Made by a program: the position numbers and the translations under genes
DNA from: a virus
Taxonomy: Duplodnaviria; Heunggongvirae; Uroviricota; Caudoviricetes
Strand: one strand, 5' to 3'
Length of the DNA: 64,000 nt
IMG/VR virus record: IMGVR_UViG_3300048016_000310
The notes under the pieces: model-generated
Told to the model about the DNA's origin: nothing
Database searches by the model: none
The model's input: the letters and a program-made list of their open reading frames with translations, nothing else
Shown: one piece after another, positions 56,219 to 64,000 of the stretch
Layout of the letters: every line of letters starts with the position of its first letter
How positions within the stretch are numbered: the first letter of the stretch is position 1

Positions 56219-58537
56219 ATGAACGGAATTTTTGGACAATTAGACCAAAGTTTTAAAGCAGTCTGGGTTTCAAACTCAGGTTCAGTAGCTAGAGGGATTC
56301 TTCACAGTCATTTAGGACCAGAGCAGATTGCAATCTTTGCAGCTGATAACTACTGTGCTTTGGATGAGCAAGTATCTTTATCTGCTCCTAACTTTAAAAC
56401 CAACAAAAGACTTATTATTAAGCAAGGTTTGCATCCTTTTGCAGGACAGACAAACACTTTCCTTTCAAGACAAGATTCTAAGCCAAGACAAACTTTCGAG
56501 TTTGAAGCTTCAGATATTATTTCTTGGAAAGGAGAAAAAGCAAGAAAAGGTGCTAGACCTGAAATGGTAGCAATTGGTTATGATGGTTTAGATGCTTCAA
56601 GAACTCTTGGAGGAACTTTAGATGCAAAACCTTTGCACGTAAACATTAGATTATCAGGAGAGCCTATCAAAAGATTCTTCCACAGAAATTTTATTGACCA
56701 CAGATTTGTAATCGACAAAAACTTGTGCCTTGGTGCTTGTGACTGTTTTGATGCTTGTGGTAATGTTCCAGCAGACTTAATTGCTGATGCTGTTATTAAA
56801 CACTTCGAAACTCAAGAACTATTTGTTCCAGGTGGAAATGGTGGATTCTACAGAGCTCCTCTAAGACAATTTGTTAAGGCAAATAAAATCAAAAAATGTA
56901 CAGATGCTTTGGTATCTCCTACATTGATTGAAGTGAAAAAATGGACTATCTCTATTCCTGATGATGGAAAAACTACAATTGCTTTATTGCAAGCTGAGTA
57001 TCCTGCATATAAAATTACGCTAGAGTCTAGAATTGATGGTGTTTCTACTTATGCTTTCTGGATGCAAGAAGGTGCTGTAATTAACGAAGTTTCTACTTTG
57101 ACAGTTACAACAGGTGTAACTACTACTACTGCAACTATTACAGTTAACGTAAATGGTACTGCTTACACAACTGCAAGTATCACTTCAGGTGCAGACCAAA
57201 ATGCGGTAGCTCTTGCTATTAAAACTGCAATTGGTTCATCAGCAGCAAACGTAGGTGGTGTAGTGACAATAACTGGTGTTGGTGCAGATACAGATACGTC
57301 TGTTACTACAAATACAACAGGTTTAGCAGTTACAGCAGCTACTACAACTCAAGGGGATAACAGTGGCTTTATTGCTCCAGCTGATTTCACAATCACTAAC
57401 CACGTACAACCTATTTGCGATACATGTCCTACATGTCCAGAGGCTTATACTGAAGTAGTAGGTTTAAGAGTTGTACAAGTAAGAAAAGCATTTGGAGCAG
57501 CAGCACCTACTATCACTGGTAGTGTATCATCTGTGAAAATGTCATCTTCACTTGCAAATGGAGATGTTTACATCATCAAAGTTCCTTTGGCTACTTCTGA
57601 TACAACTATCTCAACTGACTTAGGTGTTTCAGCAGAATATCAAATTTTAGGAACAGAATCAAAAAGTTGTGTAGGTTCTACAGCAACATTTGAGTGGGCT
57701 AACTGTGATGAAAGTAGATTCAAAACTACTAAGAAATTCATGATTACTCTACCTGACACAGATTGTGAGCAAGGTGAGTCAAGATTGGCTGAATTACAAG
57801 CTGCATATCCTACTTTGGTTATTGCTGACTTGGCAGAAGGTTCATGTTTACACTCATACGAGACAACAGTAGAATCTGACATGGTAGCACCAGAAGACTG
57901 TGACAGACTTGTAACATATAAATTCAAGCAACCAGCTGGATTTGAAGGATACCAATGGGTAGATTTCGTAACTCCAGTAACAGAGGTTGATTGTACTGTA
58001 CCAACAGCACCAACAGTGCCTTGTTGTGTAGCAGGTGTTATCTTGGAGACTGCATGGTGGGATTCTAAAACAGGAGAATGTACTTACGGATGGAGTAACT
58101 GGCATCCAAATAACAAAAAGCCAGTAAGAATTCAAGTAAATATTCACTCTTTGGATTATTCAAACAATCCTTGTGATGAAACTAAATACTACTCTACTAT
58201 TATTCAGAAGCTTGCTATGGATATGGGAACTAGTGGTGAAGTGGTTCAAGAATATGAAAGAAACTTTTTACTATATGAAAACAAATATTGGTCTTCAAAT
58301 CCATATGTTAATGACATTGATGGTTTTGTAATGACTGCTAAAGCTCACTTGTTGTACGACCAGTACACTTTGAGACTGAAAAGAAGACAATATGGAAACT
58401 CTTATATGTTGAAAGACCAAGGAGCAGTAGACTACATATTCTACGTTCCAACAGGAGAAGGAAAAGACCTAGAGGGATTAATCAACGAGTTGGTTCTTTC
58501 AGCAGGAAATCCTGACCTAACAGCAGTGTATCTGTAA
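56219..58537 (+). CDS. large structural protein (possible tail sheath or fiber) with a Thr/Val/Ala-rich beta segment
   Basis: 772 aa. Central TTGVTTTTATITVNVNGTAYTTASITSG... low-complexity beta-rich insert. Followed by a terminator. Confidence 0.35.
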   Translation: MNGIFGQLDQSFKAVWVSNSGSVARGILHSHLGPEQIAIFAADNYCALDEQVSLSAPNFKTNKRLIIKQGLHPFAGQTNTFLSRQDSKPRQTFEFEASDIISWKGEKARKGARPEMVAIGYDGLDASRTLGGTLDAKPLHVNIRLSGEPIKRFFHRNFIDHRFVIDKNLCLGACDCFDACGNVPADLIADAVIKHFETQELFVPGGNGGFYRAPLRQFVKANKIKKCTDALVSPTLIEVKKWTISIPDDGKTTIALLQAEYPAYKITLESRIDGVSTYAFWMQEGAVINEVSTLTVTTGVTTTTATITVNVNGTAYTTASITSGADQNAVALAIKTAIGSSAANVGGVVTITGVGADTDTSVTTNTTGLAVTAATTTQGDNSGFIAPADFTITNHVQPICDTCPTCPEAYTEVVGLRVVQVRKAFGAAAPTITGSVSSVKMSSSLANGDVYIIKVPLATSDTTISTDLGVSAEYQILGTESKSCVGSTATFEWANCDESRFKTTKKFMITLPDTDCEQGESRLAELQAAYPTLVIADLAEGSCLHSYETTVESDMVAPEDCDRLVTYKFKQPAGFEGYQWVDFVTPVTEVDCTVPTAPTVPCCVAGVILETAWWDSKTGECTYGWSNWHPNNKKPVRIQVNIHSLDYSNNPCDETKYYSTIIQKLAMDMGTSGEVVQEYERNFLLYENKYWSSNPYVNDIDGFVMTAKAHLLYDQYTLRLKRRQYGNSYMLKDQGAVDYIFYVPTGEGKDLEGLINELVLSAGNPDLTAVYL

Positions 58538-58559
58538 TAGTTTAAAGTGTATATCAATT

Positions 58560-58592
58560 AAGGGTGGGGTATTACCCTGCCCTTTAATTTTT
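58560..58592 (+). terminator. GC-rich hairpin followed by TAATTTTT
   Basis: AAGGGTGGGG-TATTA-CCCTGCCCTT then a T-run. Confidence 0.45.
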
Positions 58593-58599
58593 AAAATAT

Positions 58600-59088
58600 A
58601 TGAAACATGTAATAGATTTTGACATTTATACTAGAGGTGTAGAGAATACGCTAATAGTCATAGATACTTCAAGCTACTTTGAAAGACCTTCAAATCCAAT
58701 TATTGAAGTTACCTTTCCAAACTCACAGCAAGTTTATGCTACTTATTTTACTCCTAAAAGTTTAAATGTACTTAATACAAAATTGTTAAATTATTCAGAA
58801 GATGTTATAGATTTTCCAGATGGTTTATACAATATTAGAATGTCTGTAGGCCCAAATGAACATGTATTCTTATGTAAAAATTATCTAAAATTGGATAAAC
58901 TCAGAAAAAGATTTTTGGATTTATTACCTGCTGATTGTGAAAATCTCGATAAAATAGACTTTATTTATGACATTGAAAAGATGATTACAGCAGCTTTAAT
59001 TAATGAAAACACTAATCCTACAAAAGCACTAGAATTTTACAAAGAAACATTAAAAAGAATATCTAAATTAGAATGTAATGGCTTGTAA
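58600..59088 (+). CDS. hypothetical protein
   Basis: 162-aa ORF. Confidence 0.4.
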   Translation: MKHVIDFDIYTRGVENTLIVIDTSSYFERPSNPIIEVTFPNSQQVYATYFTPKSLNVLNTKLLNYSEDVIDFPDGLYNIRMSVGPNEHVFLCKNYLKLDKLRKRFLDLLPADCENLDKIDFIYDIEKMITAALINENTNPTKALEFYKETLKRISKLECNGL

Positions 59089-59338
59089 CACATGCAAACA
59101 AAAAAACTTATCTGAAATATATTTTCAGATGGCTGCACCAAAATTCTACGGAGATTGTGATGTAACCCAAGAACAAGTAGCTGCTATAAAAGACAGACTT
59201 ATTTGTCTTAAACCAAAAATAAAATACGTAGATTATAATAGAGCTATGGGTATAGTAATATCTTTACTTAATACTCAGAATTACTGTAAATATAATCTTC
59301 AACCTTTAATTACTTTATTAGATGAATTTGACTGCTGA
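59078..59338 (+). CDS. hypothetical Cys-containing protein
   Basis: 86-aa ORF. Confidence 0.35.
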   Translation: MACNTCKQKNLSEIYFQMAAPKFYGDCDVTQEQVAAIKDRLICLKPKIKYVDYNRAMGIVISLLNTQNYCKYNLQPLITLLDEFDC

Positions 59339-59436
59339 AATTGAAGCTTTAATACAAAGCAAGAGGCTTGACATACGTCATAAAGAAAAAGTAAAAGAAA
59401 TCAAATTAGAGATTTTAAGAGAAAAATATAAAAAGT

Positions 59437-59814
59437 ATGTCTAAATGTAGGGAATGCCTTGGGGAGAGTACTACTCCAGAATGTATCGAACTTGAAGGAA
59501 AGTATGATAATCTTGGTAAACTTCTACCAAGCCTTATCGCTTTAGTAGCCAAAGATGAAGCTCCTTTGAAAATAGATACAAAAACTCTGACTTCTAAAAA
59601 GTTGACCAGAGATGAAATTATTCAGCTTCTAATAAATGAAGTAATTATTTTAAAAAAAAAGCTGAATGAAACACAAACTGTTATAAACACAAATGGCTTA
59701 TGTCCAAATGTCAATTGGGATATGTTAAATCAATGTATGCCAGGAGATGCTTCATTTTGTGATAAATTGCAGAATTTAATTAACATCGTATATCAAATAA
59801 ACAACAATGTGTAA
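59437..59814 (+). CDS. hypothetical Cys-rich protein
   Basis: 125 aa with 8 Cys. Confidence 0.35.
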   Translation: MSKCRECLGESTTPECIELEGKYDNLGKLLPSLIALVAKDEAPLKIDTKTLTSKKLTRDEIIQLLINEVIILKKKLNETQTVINTNGLCPNVNWDMLNQCMPGDASFCDKLQNLINIVYQINNNV

Positions 59815-60295
59815 CTGCAAAAAACCTTGTGGCAACTGCCACTCACATAAACCTCAACCTTCTTTAGATTGTTTTGAACCTTGTGATTTAGAATTGTATG
59901 ATGCAAAAGATGTCAGATATAAAACAAAACCAGATGAAGTATCACAGCTTTTAAATTTGGGGATACATAAAGGAGAACATCTTGAATACATTCTTGAATT
60001 GTTTGGTCAGATGTTATATAATGTCAAGTATATTGAATCTCCTAGAGTTGCAGGACATGACCTTTTAAATACTTATGAAAAAATCATTCATTATTTATTT
60101 CAAAAGAATTCTGATTTAGAAGATTTACTAGAAGCTCAAAGTTCTAACATTGAAGATTTAACAGCAGAGCTAGTTATAATCAAAGCAAATATAGAAAAAT
60201 TAAAGTATCCAGAAGTAACAGACGACACCAATATTGGTTTCTTATCTGGTGACTCTCTAGAAACAATTTTACAAACAATTATAAATAATCAATAA
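59807..60295 (+). CDS. hypothetical Cys-rich protein
   Basis: 162 aa. [12 protein letters not shown]-terminus. Confidence 0.35.
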   Translation: MCNCKKPCGNCHSHKPQPSLDCFEPCDLELYDAKDVRYKTKPDEVSQLLNLGIHKGEHLEYILELFGQMLYNVKYIESPRVAGHDLLNTYEKIIHYLFQKNSDLEDLLEAQSSNIEDLTAELVIIKANIEKLKYPEVTDDTNIGFLSGDSLETILQTIINNQ

Positions 60296-60297
60296 AA

Positions 60298-61680
60298 ATG
60301 AGTCATGGATGTCAAAAATGTATGAGGAAACCCAAATGTACTTGTAAAAGAGTATGGGAACCTGAATATGAAGTTGGTTGCACAGAAAAGATAGACTCTA
60401 AATGTGTAATATACAGACCCGAAGGTGGGTCGTCCCTAATAAAAGATTTTATTGGGATTAATACTAGAACTTCTATAGAAGTAATTTTAGAAACATTTGA
60501 CTCTAAATTAGCTTCTCTATTCCTTTTAGAACTTACTCAATGTTCTAGAGATTTATTAGATTTACCTCAAGTAACTAATGTTAAGTTGGCGTTGTCAAAA
60601 CTCTTAGACCATGTGTGTGTTCTACAAGATAAATATGTGAAAGTAACTAGCTCAGATACAGCAGCTGGATTTCTTTACAACAAGATTACAACAGGAGAAT
60701 GTGTTCAAAAAAGAACTGTAACTGATCTTACAGGAACACAAACTTTAGAGATTTATCTTGACTATGAATGTATAGCTGCGAAATTACCTACTGTAATTGA
60801 AGTTAACTGTTGCAACCAAGGATTTACTATTGAGACATCTACAAATGAAATTTGTAACTCTACTCTAGCTACTCTTACTGCATACAACTGTTCTGATACT
60901 GTAGTATGGTATAAAAATGGAATGATTATTGGAACTGGAAATACTTATACTGGTGGAGTTGGTAACTATTATGCTAAATGTGGAAGCATTCAGTCTAATA
61001 CAATTACTGTATCTGCTTGTAGCTGTGAGCCAGTATGGTCTGATAAAATTCCAGTAGAGATTTATTGTGGAGCTGTTATAGACCTAGACCCTTGTAAACT
61101 ATGGATAAAACAAAGTAATCAATGTAATAACCTTACTCAATGGGTTGAATACACAGGTTCTGGTTCTATCAATGCTTCACAATGTGATGGTTGTGTACAA
61201 ACACCAACTCCAGTCCCTGTACCTGTTCCAGTACCAACACCTACACCTACTCCAACTCCGACACCTGTTCCAACACCTGTCCCAGTTCCAGTACCTGTAG
61301 GTAGTCCAACACCAGTACCTGTACCAGTGCCTACACCAACACCTGTGCCTACTCCAGTGCCAGTTCCTGTTCCTGTTCCCACTCCTGTACCAGTGCCTGT
61401 ACCTACTCCTACACCTACCCCTGTTCCAGTTCCTGTAACTTTGGTTACTTATTGGGAGATTCAATCTTGTCCTACAAGTGGTAATGGAATGGATAGTGGA
61501 ACCAAAACTACTGACACTGATTTAACTGGAGAGATTACCAACCAAAGAGTAACAATAGGTTCTAATGAGTATCACTACTTAGGAACTACAGTTAGCTCTG
61601 GAACTATCCCAGGAAACTTTGTAGCTGGAACTGCAACTATAGTATCAGGTCAAACAGGATGTAGTGAAATTATACCTTAA
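60298..61680 (+). CDS. Cys-rich structural/adhesin-like protein with a ~80-residue (P-T/P-V)n linker
   Basis: [31 protein letters not shown]... encoded by imperfect tandem DNA repeats at 61195-61440. N-terminal domain has more than 20 Cys. Confidence 0.5.
   Translation: MSHGCQKCMRKPKCTCKRVWEPEYEVGCTEKIDSKCVIYRPEGGSSLIKDFIGINTRTSIEVILETFDSKLASLFLLELTQCSRDLLDLPQVTNVKLALSKLLDHVCVLQDKYVKVTSSDTAAGFLYNKITTGECVQKRTVTDLTGTQTLEIYLDYECIAAKLPTVIEVNCCNQGFTIETSTNEICNSTLATLTAYNCSDTVVWYKNGMIIGTGNTYTGGVGNYYAKCGSIQSNTITVSACSCEPVWSDKIPVEIYCGAVIDLDPCKLWIKQSNQCNNLTQWVEYTGSGSINASQCDGCVQTPTPVPVPVPVPTPTPTPTPTPVPTPVPVPVPVGSPTPVPVPVPTPTPVPTPVPVPVPVPTPVPVPVPTPTPTPVPVPVTLVTYWEIQSCPTSGNGMDSGTKTTDTDLTGEITNQRVTIGSNEYHYLGTTVSSGTIPGNFVAGTATIVSGQTGCSEIIP
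61195..61440 (+). repeat. imperfect short tandem repeats encoding a Pro-Thr/Pro-Val linker
   Basis: Reiterated cc(a/t)gt(a/g)cc(t/a)(g/a)(t/c)(a/t)cc units visible in the sequence. Confidence 0.6.
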
Positions 61681-63215
61681 TGAAAACTTTACATTTTGAC
61701 TTATATCAAAATCAAAAAGTAGGAATGTCAAACGTAGTGATGAGTGCTGAGAATGCACTCATCATTGCTTTTTTGACAAAAAGAGACAAGATTATATTCT
61801 ATGGAAATGAGTTTTTATTTAACTCTCAAACCAAAAGAATACAAGATTTATATACCATCCTATTTGATGTAGAATTTAAAGAAGCTTCTGAGAAGCCTAG
61901 CGTAGATTCTCTCCCTTCAAACTTCTATGATACTGTCTTTTATTATCAGCAAGAACCTAATGCGAATTTTATAAATAAAAGAAAGTCTTGTATAGATTTA
62001 AAAAAGTGGGAAGATAAAGAAGAATTTTCTACTTTAAATAATGAAACTCTTGGGTATTATTCTTACTTGTTTTATCTTGACCAAGAGCGTATCCCAATCT
62101 TAAATAGACTAAAAGAAACATTCTTTCCAAAGCTAGAATATCAACAAAAAGCCAAAGATATAGTAGATAGTATAAATAGCTTATATGCAGGATTTAATTC
62201 TGTACATGTTCGTAGAGGGGATTATCTTCACACTTCTGCTGAAAATAAAAACATCACAGCTCAAGATTTTCTACCAGTTTTAGAGGAACATTTAGAACAA
62301 GACAAACTTTTGTTAGTACATACTGATGAACAAGATTTATCTTACTTTCAGGTAGTAAAAGAAAAGTATCCTAATATTTGGTTTATAGATTCTGTAATCA
62401 CAGGAGATACTGCTGAAAGAGGATTAATTTCAATGCTTGTAGCTTCTTTCAGTGATAAGTTTATAGGAACAATGAAATCTACTTTTACTGGTTTAATTCA
62501 ACGTTATCGAATTTATAATGGAAAGTTAGAAGATTTTATATTCTTGTACTCTCAGCTTGCTAACATTAGCTTGGAAAGAGGTATGTTTAAAAAAGAATCT
62601 TTTGCTCAATATGCTTGGAATTATTCTTATCTTACTCCAGAATTTAAACAAATTGCTTTTTGGATAAGAGAGTTTGAAAGCTGCTATCCTCAAGAGAGAT
62701 ACCCAGTTCAGGCTTTAAGAATTTATCCTAACTTTATTACAACAGAAGAATCTTCATACATTATAGAAAAAGCAAAAGCAAACACATCAGAGTATTACGA
62801 AAGAGAAACTAGAAATAGATTTATTCTTGGTAGGACTGACCCTGTAGCTAAAGCAATTATGGAACGTTCTTGTGAAGCCTTGGGTTATGATGTAAATAAA
62901 ATTGAATCTTCTATACAAGTATTTACACAATATAAAGATGGTCAGACTTTCTGGCATATGGATTCTCTAGCTCCTGATTACCAAGGGTTAAGAATAGCAA
63001 GCATCTTGTTTTATCTGAATGAGGATTTTAGAGGTTCTAAAATTGAATTCCCTTTTCTGGGTGTAACTTGGCAACCAAAGAAAAACACAATGCTTTCCTA
63101 TCCTCTTGTAAATGAGTTTGGAGAGATGAATAAGTTAACAAGTCATTCAGCAAGTATAATAACAGAGGGCACTAAATATATGTGCTACTTTGACATAAAA
63201 GAAAAAAATTACTAA
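61680..63215 (+). CDS. fusion protein: N-terminal GT11/GT23-like fucosyltransferase-type domain plus C-terminal prolyl-4-hydroxylase-like 2OG-Fe(II) oxygenase domain
   Basis: N-terminal HVRRGDY, the signature motif of alpha-1,2-fucosyltransferase / O-FucT families. C-terminal WHMDS (HxD) ... RIASILFYLNEDFRGSKIEFP (P4H-type R/S/YLN/F.GG.I.F block). Confidence 0.55.
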   Translation: MKTLHFDLYQNQKVGMSNVVMSAENALIIAFLTKRDKIIFYGNEFLFNSQTKRIQDLYTILFDVEFKEASEKPSVDSLPSNFYDTVFYYQQEPNANFINKRKSCIDLKKWEDKEEFSTLNNETLGYYSYLFYLDQERIPILNRLKETFFPKLEYQQKAKDIVDSINSLYAGFNSVHVRRGDYLHTSAENKNITAQDFLPVLEEHLEQDKLLLVHTDEQDLSYFQVVKEKYPNIWFIDSVITGDTAERGLISMLVASFSDKFIGTMKSTFTGLIQRYRIYNGKLEDFIFLYSQLANISLERGMFKKESFAQYAWNYSYLTPEFKQIAFWIREFESCYPQERYPVQALRIYPNFITTEESSYIIEKAKANTSEYYERETRNRFILGRTDPVAKAIMERSCEALGYDVNKIESSIQVFTQYKDGQTFWHMDSLAPDYQGLRIASILFYLNEDFRGSKIEFPFLGVTWQPKKNTMLSYPLVNEFGEMNKLTSHSASIITEGTKYMCYFDIKEKNY

Positions 63216-63216
63216 T

Positions 63217-63867
63217 ATGACAATAAAAGATGTTGTATCAACTATAAAGAATAATCTGAACTTATTAAATTTAGATTCAAAGATTTCTAATCAATTCGTC
63301 TATTCACTTGCTGTGAATATAGCAAGCTTTTTGATAAAAAGAGAAGCAGAGTATAAAAGACTATTTAAAAATACTTCTGTATTTAAGAAACTAGATTGTG
63401 TAGAAATGGAAGAAAGATCTCTACTAGAATGTGGTGTAAACCTTGGATGTAGGACTATTATGAGAAGCAAAAAGCCTTTACCTAAAACGTTCTTGTCAAA
63501 CTTTGGTTCTGTTATACAAATATTTAATATACTAAGAGATAAAGATTATAAAGAGATTTCTGCTACAGGATATAAGACTATGATGCAGCAAAAATTTAAA
63601 TCTAGAAATACTAAGTATTTTTGGATAGAAAATGATTATCTTTACGTCCCAGATTCAGAAGTAGAAATTTTGATTGTTTTGGGGTTATTTTCAAACCCAG
63701 AAGAAGTTATAGCATTTAATGGTGGTTGTGATAAACTTTTAGACTTTCCCTTCCCAGCTCCAGATTATTTACTACAACCAATCATCGAACAGACACTTAA
63801 ACAACTAAGTATCAAACTTCAGATTCCAGAAGATGAAAATAGTAATTTAAATTCCAATTTAAAATAA
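63217..63867 (+). CDS. hypothetical protein
   Basis: 216-aa ORF. Confidence 0.4.
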   Translation: MTIKDVVSTIKNNLNLLNLDSKISNQFVYSLAVNIASFLIKREAEYKRLFKNTSVFKKLDCVEMEERSLLECGVNLGCRTIMRSKKPLPKTFLSNFGSVIQIFNILRDKDYKEISATGYKTMMQQKFKSRNTKYFWIENDYLYVPDSEVEILIVLGLFSNPEEVIAFNGGCDKLLDFPFPAPDYLLQPIIEQTLKQLSIKLQIPEDENSNLNSNLK

Positions 63868-64000
63868 TGGGTAGAGTTTGCGAGAATGGTGCTATCTTCT
63901 TTACAAAAGAAGAATATGCTGAATTAAAATATCAGCACTTACCAAGAACAGAGTATAGAAAGTTCATAGATAGGATTCATGGCAGAGTTGCAGAAGAAGA
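63866..64000 (+). CDS. hypothetical protein (partial; runs off the window end)
   Basis: ATG overlapping the previous stop (TAATG). Open frame MGRVCENGAIFFTKEEYAELKYQHLPRTEYRKFIDRIHGRVAEE... to the window end. Confidence 0.35.

Noticed and set aside
61137-61464. Two minus-strand ORFs (81 and 95 aa) encoding GTG/VG and RYW repeats
   Set aside because: Antisense to the PT/PV linker repeats of 60298..61680. Repetitive DNA yields open frames on every strand.

Overview
AT-rich (~30% GC) segment of a large tailed phage (Caudoviricetes-like) genome. It has two divergently transcribed arms meeting at a repeat-rich control region at ~41.5-42.2 kb.

The minus-strand arm (1..41507) is an accessory, early-type module. 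It encodes an ATP-dependent DNA ligase (truncated at the window edge), a class II CCA-adding tRNA nucleotidyltransferase that appears split into two ORFs, an M42-like peptidase and an HD phosphohydrolase. It also encodes a Nampt/NadV-like enzyme, a Prs-like phosphoribosyl pyrophosphokinase, a HAD phosphatase, a nucleoside 2-deoxyribosyltransferase-like protein and a NADAR-domain protein. Further products are an SF2 helicase, a Tpt1/KptA RNA 2'-phosphotransferase, a short PurA/PurZ-like adenylosuccinate-synthetase homolog, a vWA protein, a large TerD-domain protein, two HNH endonucleases, a MYG1-like hydrolase and many small membrane ORFs. A cluster of at least seven tRNA-like genes sits at 18.5-22.3 kb.

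The plus-strand arm (42162..64000) is a virion morphogenesis module. It runs terminase large subunit, putative portal, acidic scaffold-like protein, putative major capsid protein (followed by a strong terminator) and downstream structural proteins. These include a Cys-rich protein with a long (P-T/P-V)n linker, immediately followed by a fucosyltransferase-like/prolyl-4-hydroxylase-like fusion.

The most unusual observations are these. Four tRNA-like genes have canonical acceptor/D/T arms but a conserved ~33-36 nt hairpin-containing insertion in the anticodon region. Three more are non-canonical. They sit near Tpt1, the CCA enzyme and HNH genes. A conserved ~22-nt motif with covarying long-range stems precedes each tRNA-like gene. 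The NadV-like, Prs-like and NADAR genes form an NAD-centred cluster resembling an NAD-reconstitution counter-defence. The GT/P4H fusion lies next to its likely Pro-rich substrate. A short PurA-like enzyme (PurZ-like?) occurs together with an HD hydrolase.

No integrase, CRISPR array or rRNA was seen. All coordinates for RNA elements were derived by hand and are approximate to within a few nt.
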